Numbered from the stretch's first letter, positions 8,815-18,074 are shown. The stretch: DNA of 64,000 nt from an uncultured Pelagibacteraceae bacterium (GCA_902615445.1 CACMOQ010000001.1:86025-150024); one strand, 5' to 3'. A program made the numbers and translations. Notes: a model not told the origin generated them from the sequence alone.

Positions 8815-9981
8815 TTATTTAGTCAGCATTTTCTTTATATTTTCTAGAGCTTGAGAAATATTATCTCTAGAAGCAGCAAAACTAAATCTCACATAGTCAT
8901 TACAAGTTTTACCAAATGCTGTGCCTGGTACAATAGCGACACCAGCTTCATGCATGGCTTTTTTACAAAACTCTGAACCTGTCATACCAGTTGCACTAAC
9001 TTTCGGAAATGCATAAAAAGCTCCTCCTGGTAAACTGCATTCGACGCCTGGAAGTTCATTTAAACCTTTGTGAATTAAATCTCGTCTTTGTGTAAATCTA
9101 ACCATCATCTCATCAATAGAGTCATCTGGTCCATCTAAAGCCGCTATTCCAGCAAACTGTGCTGCTGCATTTACACATGAAACACTATTTATTAAAAGTT
9201 TATTAACATGTTCAACCAAGTTTTTAGGCCAAAAACTCCAACCTAATCTCCATCCTGTCATAGAATATGCTTTGCTCCATCCCTCTAAAACAATTAATCT
9301 TTCTCGTAATTCTGGATAATTGAAAAAACTTGGCATCTCTTTGTTATCAAATATTTGTCTGCTATAAATTTCATCACTTAATATTGTTACATGTGGGTGT
9401 TTTTTTAAACCTTCGGCTAAGACATCAATATCAGATTTATCTACGAAACTCCCTGTTGGATTGTTTGGATTTATTAATATCAAGAGTCTGGTCTTGTCAG
9501 TGATTAGGGATAAAATTTTTTCCGGATTAAATTTAAGATCTTTGTCTTCAGTCAAATCGTATGGCACAGGAGTAGAGCCAGTATAATTAATCATTGATTC
9601 ATAGATTGGAAAAGCTGGAGTAGGGTGAATTATTTCAGCTCCTGGTTCACCAAAACATTGAATGGCGTAAGTCATGGTGGGTTTTCCACCTGGCATTATT
9701 AAAATCCTCTCGAAATCTATATCAACACTATAACGTTTTTTTATCCATCTGGTTACTGCTTGTCTGCATTCCGGGATCCCATTTGACATGACATAGCCGT
9801 GATGTCCGTCATCTAATGCTTTCTTAGCCGCGTCGACCACATGTTTAGGTGTTTTGAAGTCTGGTTGGCCTAAACCTAAGTGAATCATAGGTTTTCCTTG
9901 TGCTTCTAATTTTTTTGCCTCAGCTAGAACCGAAAACGCTGTTTCTGTTCCTAATCTATTTAAGCTCTCTGCTAATTTCAT
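8815..9981 (-). CDS. class I/II pyridoxal-phosphate aminotransferase (aspartate/aromatic type)
   Basis: 388 aa, with NPNNPTG and the PLP-lysine block SKAYSMTGWRLGW. Confidence 0.85.
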   Translation of the reverse strand: MKLAESLNRLGTETAFSVLAEAKKLEAQGKPMIHLGLGQPDFKTPKHVVDAAKKALDDGHHGYVMSNGIPECRQAVTRWIKKRYSVDIDFERILIMPGGKPTMTYAIQCFGEPGAEIIHPTPAFPIYESMINYTGSTPVPYDLTEDKDLKFNPEKILSLITDKTRLLILINPNNPTGSFVDKSDIDVLAEGLKKHPHVTILSDEIYSRQIFDNKEMPSFFNYPELRERLIVLEGWSKAYSMTGWRLGWSFWPKNLVEHVNKLLINSVSCVNAAAQFAGIAALDGPDDSIDEMMVRFTQRRDLIHKGLNELPGVECSLPGGAFYAFPKVSATGMTGSEFCKKAMHEAGVAIVPGTAFGKTCNDYVRFSFAASRDNISQALENIKKMLTK

Positions 9982-9995
9982 CCTAAATCCTTTTT

Positions 9996-11153
9996 TTAAA
10001 TACTATTTCTATAAATTAATTTTGAACTATTCAACTCTTTTAAATTTTTACAACCCATAAGTACCATATTTCTATTCAGCTCATCGTGCATGTTTTGTAA
10101 CAAATGTTCTACACCTTTTTGACCACCTGCGGCTAAAGAGAACAAAAACATTTTACCAAAACTACAGGCTTTTGCGCCTGCGGAAATTGCCTTTAATACG
10201 TGAGTGCCTCTTCTTATGCCTCCATCTAAAATTATTTCTAATTTATCACCAACAGCATCAGAAATTGCTTTTACTTGGTCGAAGGGTGATCTTGATCCAT
10301 CTAGTTGACGGCCACCATGATTTGAAATCATAATAGCCGTACAACCAATATCAATCGCTTTTTTAGCATCTTCAACAGACATAACGCCTTTCAGTGCAAA
10401 AGGACCGTTCCATTTTTTTGCACAATACTCTGCGTCTTTCCAGTTCATCAGCGGATCATACTGCTCATTAATATACTCGATAACGGATTTAGCAATATTA
10501 GTGCCCTTATCTGTCTTTTTTTTTACATTTGAGAGTTCAAATTTTTTACCTGTAATGTAATTAAAAACCCAGTTAGGTTTTATTGCAAAACTCATTAAAC
10601 TTTGTAGTGTAAGTTTCGGTGGCGTTGTAAAACCTGTTCTATGATCTTTTTCTCTATTACCAGCAACTAAAGTGTCTACTGTTAAACACATTGCATCAAA
10701 ACCAGATCTTCTCGATCTATCAATTAAATCATCTGTTATTGATTTATCTTTATGCACATAAAGTTGAAATAGTTTAGGGCCTCCAGAAATATTTGATATT
10801 TCCTCAATTGAATTGTTGCTCATCGACGACATGCTATAAAAGGTACCATATTTTTCTGCAGCTCTTGCGGAAGCTTTGTCACCTTCTGGATGATAAAGTC
10901 TTTGCATTGCAGCTGGAGACAGAAAGATAGGCATATCTATTTTTCGTCCAAACAATGTTGTTGATAAATCTGGTTTGCCAACACTCGCTAAAATATTAGG
11001 AACTAAGTCACAGTCGTTAAATGAATCTGTATTTCTTCTTAAAGTAGTTTCGTCATCCGCGCCTCCATCAATGTAATGAAATATAGGTGAAGGTAATTTT
11101 TTTTTTGCTAATCTTCTAAAATCTTCAAAGTTATAACAGTGTTTTAAACTCAC
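9996..11153 (-). CDS. FMN-dependent alpha-hydroxyacid oxidase/dehydrogenase (LldD / glycolate oxidase family), copy A
   Basis: 385 aa, with the SNHGGRQLDGS active-site block and the GGIRRGTHVLKA FMN-phosphate site. The GTG start shares 1 nt with the upstream stop (TAGTG). Confidence 0.85.
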   Translation of the reverse strand: MSLKHCYNFEDFRRLAKKKLPSPIFHYIDGGADDETTLRRNTDSFNDCDLVPNILASVGKPDLSTTLFGRKIDMPIFLSPAAMQRLYHPEGDKASARAAEKYGTFYSMSSMSNNSIEEISNISGGPKLFQLYVHKDKSITDDLIDRSRRSGFDAMCLTVDTLVAGNREKDHRTGFTTPPKLTLQSLMSFAIKPNWVFNYITGKKFELSNVKKKTDKGTNIAKSVIEYINEQYDPLMNWKDAEYCAKKWNGPFALKGVMSVEDAKKAIDIGCTAIMISNHGGRQLDGSRSPFDQVKAISDAVGDKLEIILDGGIRRGTHVLKAISAGAKACSFGKMFLFSLAAGGQKGVEHLLQNMHDELNRNMVLMGCKNLKELNSSKLIYRNSI

Positions 11154-12304
11154 TATTTTCTGAATCTTAAATTACTTCTATTCAGATCACTTATCTTTGT
11201 GCAACCCATGAGCTTCATATCTCTTTGTAACTCGGCTTTATATTGTCCTAAGGCTCTTTCAACACCAGCTTGTCCTGCAGCTGCTAATGCATAAAGATAA
11301 AGTCTTCCACCAGAACACGCTTTTGCACCTAACGATAACGCTTTGAGCATATGTGTTCCTCTATGAATTCCTCCCTCGCAAATGACATCTAACTTATCAC
11401 CGACAGCATCAACAATTTCTGCAAGTTGATCAAACGGAGCTCTGGATCCATCTAATTGTCTCCCTCCGTGATTAGACACCATTATTCCTGTACATCCTAT
11501 ATCAACTGCTTTTTTGGCATCTTCCACACTCATAATGCCTTTAAGTGCAAAATGACCTCCCCACTTAGAACAAAGATTTTCAGCGTCTTTCCAATTCATA
11601 GATTGATCCAACATAGTTGAAAAATAATTTCCAATTGATGAATTAACATCGGTGCCCTCTTTCACAAAATCTTGTAAATGGGGTAATTCAAATTTGCCTT
11701 TTGTTAAATAATTTATTCCCCACATCGGTTTAGTAGCAAAACTAAACAAACTTGCTAAAGTCAATTTTGGTGGAGAAGTAAATCCTGTTCTTAAGTCTCT
11801 CTCACGATTTCCTCCAGTGATAGTATCAACTGTTAATGCCATTACATCAAAATTTGCTGCCTTAGCTCTTGCTAAACAGGAGTCATTTAAACCTCTATCT
11901 TTATGAAAATAAAATTGAAACATTTTTGGAGTATCTATTAAAGATGAAATTTCTTCTACACTGACTGTTGCTAATGCTGAAACACCAAACATTGTGTTAA
12001 ATTTTTTTGCTGCTTTTCCAACTGCTCTTTCTCCATCATAATGGAAGAGTCTCTGGAGTGCTGTTGGTGAAAGATAAAAAGGTAGATCTAATTTTTTTCC
12101 AAATATTGTTGTAGATAGATCAACATTCTCAACTCCTCTTAAAACGTTTGGGACTAAATCTACATCATCAAAAGAGCTAGTGTTTCTTGCATAAGTTATC
12201 TCATCATCGGCAGCTCCATCTATGTAATGAAAAATTGGGGATGGCAACTTTCTTTTAGCTAGTTTTCTAAAATCTTTAAAATTATGACAGTCTTTTAAAT
12301 TCAT
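11153..12304 (-). CDS. FMN-dependent alpha-hydroxyacid oxidase/dehydrogenase (LldD / glycolate oxidase family), copy B
   Basis: 383 aa and colinear with copy A. By eye about 55-60% of positions are identical (not computed). It carries SNHGGRQLDGS and GGIHRGTHMLKA. Confidence 0.85.
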   Translation of the reverse strand: MNLKDCHNFKDFRKLAKRKLPSPIFHYIDGAADDEITYARNTSSFDDVDLVPNVLRGVENVDLSTTIFGKKLDLPFYLSPTALQRLFHYDGERAVGKAAKKFNTMFGVSALATVSVEEISSLIDTPKMFQFYFHKDRGLNDSCLARAKAANFDVMALTVDTITGGNRERDLRTGFTSPPKLTLASLFSFATKPMWGINYLTKGKFELPHLQDFVKEGTDVNSSIGNYFSTMLDQSMNWKDAENLCSKWGGHFALKGIMSVEDAKKAVDIGCTGIMVSNHGGRQLDGSRAPFDQLAEIVDAVGDKLDVICEGGIHRGTHMLKALSLGAKACSGGRLYLYALAAAGQAGVERALGQYKAELQRDMKLMGCTKISDLNRSNLRFRK

Positions 12305-12316
12305 TTTTTTATAAGG

Positions 12317-12832
12317 TTAAAATTGTTGTAAAAAGTTAAATGAATAACTATTGGCACCAGGATTTTTATCTCCTAAACTCGCATTTGATATATGATTGTA
12401 CGAAAAACCTAGTTGACTATTTTTTTTTGGTAATTCCAAAGAAAGTTGTACTTCACTTTTGAACTCAAGAGAATGGCCAAGATCTTTACCATCACCCTTA
12501 TTGTAGTAGCCCGGTGCAAAACTTGGAGTAATATTGAAAACACCAAGTGTGTATTCAGCTTGAACCCCAGTATAAAAGTAAGAAGCGTTATCTGATGTTA
12601 ACATTGCGCCTGTTATTGGAGATAATTTTCCTATAAAAGAGCTTCTTCTTAAGTTTTCATTCTGATGTTGAATTCCAACTAAAGTTGATCTTTTTCCATT
12701 ATCACTAAAATCAAACATCCCCGTGTAGACATTAAGTTCTGTGGATTTTTCTTCCATTATAATTTCTTCAGACTTTGAAGTCCAAGGTATTGTAAATAGC
12801 AATAAAACTAATAAACTTTTTAAAATTTTCAT
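12317..12832 (-). CDS. acyloxyacyl hydrolase / PagL-like outer-membrane lipid A deacylase
   Basis: 171 aa with a signal peptide, alternating beta-strand pattern and C-terminal Phe. It has the H-x-S-N catalytic-type motif (NHISNASLG). Confidence 0.6.
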   Translation of the reverse strand: MKILKSLLVLLLFTIPWTSKSEEIIMEEKSTELNVYTGMFDFSDNGKRSTLVGIQHQNENLRRSSFIGKLSPITGAMLTSDNASYFYTGVQAEYTLGVFNITPSFAPGYYNKGDGKDLGHSLEFKSEVQLSLELPKKNSQLGFSYNHISNASLGDKNPGANSYSFNFLQQF

Positions 12833-12845
12833 CAGGTTAATATGC

Positions 12846-13211
12846 TTAATTTTTTTTAATTTTCAAATTTTTAAATATTATTGCACCTCCAATCAAAAAT
12901 AACAATAATGGTAATGCCCATAAAATATAGGTTTTTTGGTTTAATACTGGGTCATATAATATCCACTCCCCATATTTTGTCTTTAGAAGTTCGTAAATTT
13001 CGTTTTCTGTCATTCCCTCAGCGATCTTGTTTTCAACAACTAATTTAAGACTGTTGGCAAACTCTGTGTCAGAGTCATAAACAGATTGTCCTTGGCAAAT
13101 TAAACAACGTAAATTTTTTGTAATTTTGCTATTTAAATTTTTATCTTGAGCTTTGGATACATTAAAATTAAACAATAAAATAATTATTACTAAAAGATTT
13201 AATATTTTCAT
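12846..13211 (-). CDS. ccmH: cytochrome c-type biogenesis protein CcmH
   Basis: 121 aa with a signal peptide, the LRCLICQGQS (LRCxxCQ) motif and a C-terminal TM segment. Confidence 0.85.
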   Translation of the reverse strand: MKILNLLVIIILLFNFNVSKAQDKNLNSKITKNLRCLICQGQSVYDSDTEFANSLKLVVENKIAEGMTENEIYELLKTKYGEWILYDPVLNQKTYILWALPLLLFLIGGAIIFKNLKIKKN

Positions 13212-13726
13212 TTTATTGCTTTCTCAATTTCTTTGAAAAGTTTCTCATTCATAGGCCCAATAATTTTTTTTATAATCTTTCCATTGTATATTAAAAAAGT
13301 CTCAGGTACTCCATATGCTCCCCATTCAATTGCAACAGTTCCATCTACATCAGACAAAATTAAAGTATATGGATTGTTCAATTCATCCAAAAAATTTTTA
13401 GCATTCTTAATTTTATCTTTGTAATTTAAACCAACAATTTCTAATTTTTTATTCCTTTTTAATTCCATTAAATAGGGATGTTCATCTCTACAAGGAATAC
13501 ACCATGAAGCCCATATATTCAGCAAATAGTGAATATCATTTTCAAAAATTTCTTTAGACGTTATTTCTTTTTCTGAGTCAAAAACTTTTACTTTAAATTT
13601 AGGAATTTTTTTATTAGTAACTGTCTCTGGTGTATAAACATTTGAACGATTTAAGCCCTCATAAAGAATAAAAAAAATAAATAAAAAAGAAATAGCTGTA
13701 AATGGTATTAAAATTTTATTTTTCAT
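13208..13726 (-). CDS. ccmG: thiol:disulfide oxidoreductase CcmG/DsbE
   Basis: Thioredoxin motif WASWCIPCRDEHP. I prefer the ATG at 13726 (MKNKILIPF...) over the TTG at 13759 used by the ORF track. Confidence 0.85.
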   Translation of the reverse strand: MKNKILIPFTAISFLFIFFILYEGLNRSNVYTPETVTNKKIPKFKVKVFDSEKEITSKEIFENDIHYLLNIWASWCIPCRDEHPYLMELKRNKKLEIVGLNYKDKIKNAKNFLDELNNPYTLILSDVDGTVAIEWGAYGVPETFLIYNGKIIKKIIGPMNEKLFKEIEKAIK

Positions 13727-15593
13727 ATTTTTTTTTAAAAAGACTAAAAAATCCACCAAAACTAATTATAATTACAGAAAACCAAATCCAAATCATAAAA
13801 GGTTTGATCTGGTACCTAATATTAAAATACTCCTGATTTTGAACTAAATTCATAGTAATAAATTTATCAGATAATAAATTTGTTTTAATATCTGCTTCAC
13901 TTGTGACTATATTAGGTTGATTATAAATTCTTAACTCAGGTTTTAATATTTCTACTATTCCATCATCTTTTTTTACATTAAATTTTCCTATAATTGCCTC
14001 AAAGTTTTGTCTTTTAATTTTTTCTATCTTTTCAAAATTTATCGTTAATTCATCTGATCTATAAGTTTCCCCTATCTTTAAATTTGTTATTACTTCGTTA
14101 GATAAAAAATTATTAAGTAAAATACTTAGTATTAATAAACTAAAACCAAAATGAGCTATATTTTGAGCTAAATTTTTAAATCCTTTAATGAAGAAATCTC
14201 TTAGGGTAATGAAAAATAAATAGAAAGCTGAAGTAAATAAAATCGTGTTAAATAAAAAACTAATTTCTAATATTCTAATTATTAAAAAAGATAATAATAG
14301 TGAAATTGCCAAGAGAAGAAGCAAATGAAATTTATTCTGAAGATCTGATTTAATCCAATTCAATTTAGGACCTATTGCCATCGCTAGAAGAAAAGGAATT
14401 AAAAATGGAACTATTAATTTATGATAAAAAGGTGGACCAACTGATATTTTTTGTGAAGATAAAACATCCAAAAATATTGGGTATGTTGTACCAATCAAAA
14501 CAACTGCAAGAAAATACATCATAAACCAATTGTTAATTAAAATTGAGGTTTCCTTACTTAACCAAAAAAAAGTAATTTTGTTACGTCCATCAGTTTTATG
14601 AAAAAAGAAAAATACAATAAGTGAAAGAAATATTAGAATGAATAAGAAGATCAATATATATAATCCTCTTTCTGGATCATTTGCAAAAGTATGTACGGAA
14701 TTTAAAATCCCTGATCTAACTAAAAAAGTACCACTCATACTTAGAGTGAACGTTGCAATCGATAAGATGACAACCCACGAAGTTAAAAGTAATTTTTTTT
14801 CCAATACCAGCACACAATGAAAAAGAGTGGTCAATGCTAACCAGGGCATTAATGAAACATTTTCGACGGGATCCCAAAACCAAAAACCTCCCCAACCTAA
14901 TTCATAATAAGCCCATATAGAACCTAATAAAATTCCTAAAGTAAGAAAAATCCAAGAAATTAAAATCCATTGTTTAATATGCTTCGCCCACTCTTTTGAA
15001 ATGTAATTAGTTGAAGAGGCGGCTAAAACAGATGAAAAAATTATAGATGATCCCACATATCCCAAATATAAAATTGGAGGATGAATTGCTAAAGCAGGAT
15101 CCTGTAAAATTGGGTTTAGCCCAAGACCTTCTGATGGTACTGGATAAATTTGGGCAAAAGGATTAGAGGTTTGTATCAAAAAAATTAAAAAACCAATTAT
15201 TATTATTTGTTGGAACAATAAAGTTAATACTCTATATTTTTTTGGTTGTTTCTTAGAGCTTATTAAAAATAAAAAAATAAATAAAGTTAGTACTAGCAAC
15301 CAAAGAAGCAAACTCCCCTCATGATTTCCCCAAGTTCCAGAAATTTTATAGAACAAAGGTTTAGTTGTATGCGAATGGTTAAATACTGTTGAGTTACTAA
15401 AATCAGAATTTATAAATGCTATAATTAGTCCAAAAAAACTTAGAATAATAAATACCAATTGTAAAAAAGTTAAAGATAAGAGCTTGTTATCAAAATTAGT
15501 TGTGTTTTTTAAGTTTTTAAAAGAAAATAATAAAATTAAAATTGAACACCCAAGGCTAAAAAATAACGAATAAAATCCAATTAAACTTGCCAA
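13716..15593 (-). CDS. ccmF: cytochrome c heme lyase subunit CcmF
   Basis: 625 aa polytopic protein with the WGGFWFWDPVEN tryptophan-rich heme-handling motif. Confidence 0.9.
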   Translation of the reverse strand: MASLIGFYSLFFSLGCSILILLFSFKNLKNTTNFDNKLLSLTFLQLVFIILSFFGLIIAFINSDFSNSTVFNHSHTTKPLFYKISGTWGNHEGSLLLWLLVLTLFIFLFLISSKKQPKKYRVLTLLFQQIIIIGFLIFLIQTSNPFAQIYPVPSEGLGLNPILQDPALAIHPPILYLGYVGSSIIFSSVLAASSTNYISKEWAKHIKQWILISWIFLTLGILLGSIWAYYELGWGGFWFWDPVENVSLMPWLALTTLFHCVLVLEKKLLLTSWVVILSIATFTLSMSGTFLVRSGILNSVHTFANDPERGLYILIFLFILIFLSLIVFFFFHKTDGRNKITFFWLSKETSILINNWFMMYFLAVVLIGTTYPIFLDVLSSQKISVGPPFYHKLIVPFLIPFLLAMAIGPKLNWIKSDLQNKFHLLLLLAISLLLSFLIIRILEISFLFNTILFTSAFYLFFITLRDFFIKGFKNLAQNIAHFGFSLLILSILLNNFLSNEVITNLKIGETYRSDELTINFEKIEKIKRQNFEAIIGKFNVKKDDGIVEILKPELRIYNQPNIVTSEADIKTNLLSDKFITMNLVQNQEYFNIRYQIKPFMIWIWFSVIIISFGGFFSLFKKKYEK

Positions 15594-15596
15594 AAT

Positions 15597-16016
15597 CTAC
15601 TTCCCTTCAATTGCAGCTTTTATCTCTGGTGGCATATAGTTTTCGTCATGCTTAGCTAATATTTTAGTAGCTAGAAAAAAATTTTTATCTTTTAAATATC
15701 CCTCTGCCACAACCCCTTTGCCCTCTGCAAAAAGATTTGGTACAACACCTGAATAGGTAACTATTATTTCATTTTTAAAGTCAGTAATAATAAAATTCAG
15801 TTCATCTTTTTGAACCGATATTGATTTATTTTTGACCATTCCACCCACTCTAATCTTTTTTTTTTTTAGTTCTGATAACACTTTTATTTCTGATGGAGAT
15901 TGAAAAAAAACTACATTTTCCTCGAGTGATTTTAAGATTAAAAAAATTGTCAAAGATAATGTAACAAATATTAATAAGATAAAGAAAAACCTTAATTTAA
16001 CTTTACGACCATACAT
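15597..16016 (-). CDS. ccmE: heme chaperone CcmE
   Basis: 139 aa with an N-terminal anchor and the heme-binding HDENYMPPE motif. Confidence 0.9.
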   Translation of the reverse strand: MYGRKVKLRFFFILLIFVTLSLTIFLILKSLEENVVFFQSPSEIKVLSELKKKKIRVGGMVKNKSISVQKDELNFIITDFKNEIIVTYSGVVPNLFAEGKGVVAEGYLKDKNFFLATKILAKHDENYMPPEIKAAIEGK

Positions 16017-16026
16017 GGTTTAAAAG

Positions 16027-16254
16027 CTAAATGCTTGAAGTGTTGGATAGGATTTCTTTGTTCATCCCTTGAGATTTAGCTAATGATACTCTTTCAGAAT
16101 TTAAAGTTCCAAATTTAACAATAAATTTATTTCTCTCTTTTAAATATTGATTTTTGATAACAAAGTATAGTGTAGCAAAACTCACCAAAGTAAATATAAA
16201 AGCGGACCAAACATAAAGTCCATATCCGTTCATAAATAAAATTTCATTTATCAT
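16027..16254 (-). CDS. ccmD: heme exporter protein CcmD
   Basis: Small single-TM protein with the GYGLYVWSAF motif, lying between ccmC and ccmE. It overlaps ccmC by 4 nt. The real start may be the internal Met (MNGYG...). Confidence 0.7.
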   Translation of the reverse strand: MINEILFMNGYGLYVWSAFIFTLVSFATLYFVIKNQYLKERNKFIVKFGTLNSERVSLAKSQGMNKEILSNTSSI

Positions 16255-16958
16255 AATCTATCAAGACCTTTGTTTTTAATTTTTATCAGTTCTGTATTAT
16301 ATTTCATTAAAAAAATTAATAGAGAAAACAGAGCAAATGCCGCAGTCATAATGATTAATGGGAAGAGCATCGAAATGTCAATTGATGACTTAGTAAAAAT
16401 ATTAATAGATGCTGGTTGATGCAAAGTATTCCACCAATCTACTGAATATTTAATTATTGGTACATTTATTATACCAAGAATTGTTATTATCAATGTTGCT
16501 TTAAAAACCTTGTCTTTATCTTCAAAAACTCTCCACGCTAAAAGATATAATAAATAAAATAAAGCTAAAATTAACATTGCAGTAATTCTTGCATCCCATG
16601 CCCACCAAGTTCCCCAAGTTGGTCTTCCCCAAATAGACCCTGTAACAAGGGCGATTATATTAAATATAAAACCAGAGGGAGCTAAGCTTTTAGAAATTAA
16701 AAAAAAATTCTTAATCTTAAATATATATCCAACTATTGACAATAAGGTTATCATCGAAAATATCCCCAGAGAAATCCATGCAGAGGGCACGTGAACATAC
16801 ATAATTCTTACCGCATCCCCTTGTTTATAATCCTCTGGAGAAAATATTAATGCCTCTAACAATCCTATCGAAAGCACAATAGTAAATAACAATAAAACGT
16901 ACTTGGGCGCCTTTGATGTTATTGAGAAAATTTTATTTAGTTCAAAATATTTAAACAT
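16251..16958 (-). CDS. ccmC: heme exporter protein CcmC
   Basis: 235 aa with six TM segments and the WGTWWAWDARIT (WWD) motif. Confidence 0.9.
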   Translation of the reverse strand: MFKYFELNKIFSITSKAPKYVLLLFTIVLSIGLLEALIFSPEDYKQGDAVRIMYVHVPSAWISLGIFSMITLLSIVGYIFKIKNFFLISKSLAPSGFIFNIIALVTGSIWGRPTWGTWWAWDARITAMLILALFYLLYLLAWRVFEDKDKVFKATLIITILGIINVPIIKYSVDWWNTLHQPASINIFTKSSIDISMLFPLIIMTAAFALFSLLIFLMKYNTELIKIKNKGLDRL

Positions 16959-16986
16959 ATACTGATGATATATTACGGAATTTTTA

Positions 16987-17045
16987 TCTGATCAAGAATG
17001 TAGAGGGAGATAATGAAGGGTAAAAATTTAACACTCTTGATCAGA
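16987..17045. repeat. 11-bp perfect inverted repeat (TCTGATCAAGA / TCTTGATCAGA) with a 37-nt purine-rich loop
   Basis: Read directly: 16987-16997 pairs with 17035-17045. It sits in the unusually long 154-nt hspQ-ccmC spacer and no U-run follows on either strand. Confidence 0.5.
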
Positions 17046-17112
17046 ATTAAGATTAATATGATATATGGCTGTGTCAAAGATTTGAGCTAAATGTGTTTAA
17101 AAAAAGATTTAT

Positions 17113-17433
17113 CTAATTTGAAGGCTTGAAATAACTTGACCCTTTTTTTCCTGAGAAAATTTCCTCAATTAAGGGATGTTTGACAGGCTCACCTGAATCG
17201 TCTACTAACAGGTTTTGTTCAGACACGTATGCTTCATAAGTAATTTCATCGTTTTCAGCTAACAAGTGGTAAAATGGTTGATCTTTCCTAGGTCTTACAT
17301 TTTTTGGTATTGATTGATACCATTCCTCTGAATTATTAAATTCGAAATCGACATCATAAATCACTCCTCTGAACTCGAAATGTTTGTGTTTCACTATATC
17401 TCCAATAGAAAATTTCGCTTTTTGCACTGACAT
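17113..17433 (-). CDS. hspQ: heat-shock protein HspQ (YccV/hemimethylated-DNA-binding domain)
   Basis: 106 aa. KFSIGDIVKHKHFEFRGVIYDVD...PFYHLLAEND matches the HspQ N-terminal pattern as I remember it. Confidence 0.75.
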   Translation of the reverse strand: MSVQKAKFSIGDIVKHKHFEFRGVIYDVDFEFNNSEEWYQSIPKNVRPRKDQPFYHLLAENDEITYEAYVSEQNLLVDDSGEPVKHPLIEEIFSGKKGSSYFKPSN

Positions 17434-17522
17434 CGTATTTAGTATGGGTATTTAAATCTAAAAATCAATAAGAAAAATTTTAAATTTTCGCAAAAACAAA
17501 AACTTATGTTAATATCTTTATA

Positions 17523-18074
17523 GTGAACAAATCATTTATAAAGTTTCTTACTGATTTTGGGCCATTAGTAATTTTTTTTTACTTTTATTATGATAGTGAT
17601 AAAGATTTAAAAATTGCTATTCCTCCTTTCATAATTGCGACAATAATAGCATTGGGTATAATGTGGTTTTTAGAGAAACAAATACCTAAAGTTCCTTTGT
17701 TAAGTGGAATATTAATTACTTTTTTTGGAGGATTAACAATTTATTTTGATAACCCAGTCTTTATCTTCATCAAACCTACAATTATAAACGTCATGTTTGG
17801 ATTTGCCTTAATATTTGGAAAATATTTTACTAAAGAACCAGTTCTCAAAAAATTGTTAGGTAAATCTATTTCATTAACAAATGAAGGTTGGGAAATTCTT
17901 AATAGAAGATGGATTTATTTCTTTTTTACTTTAGCAATTTTAAATGAACTAGTATGGCGAACGCAATCAGAGGAATTCTGGGTTAATTTTAAAGTGTGGG
18001 GTTTATTGCCTATCACATTTATTTTTACAGGATTTCAAATAGGGCTAATTAACAAATATAAAACAAATGAATAA
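17523..18074 (+). CDS. yciB: intracellular septation protein A (YciB/IspZ)
   Basis: 183 aa with five TM segments. It has the FLTDFGPLVIFF start typical of the family and a GTG start. Confidence 0.75.
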   Translation: MNKSFIKFLTDFGPLVIFFYFYYDSDKDLKIAIPPFIIATIIALGIMWFLEKQIPKVPLLSGILITFFGGLTIYFDNPVFIFIKPTIINVMFGFALIFGKYFTKEPVLKKLLGKSISLTNEGWEILNRRWIYFFFTLAILNELVWRTQSEEFWVNFKVWGLLPITFIFTGFQIGLINKYKTNE

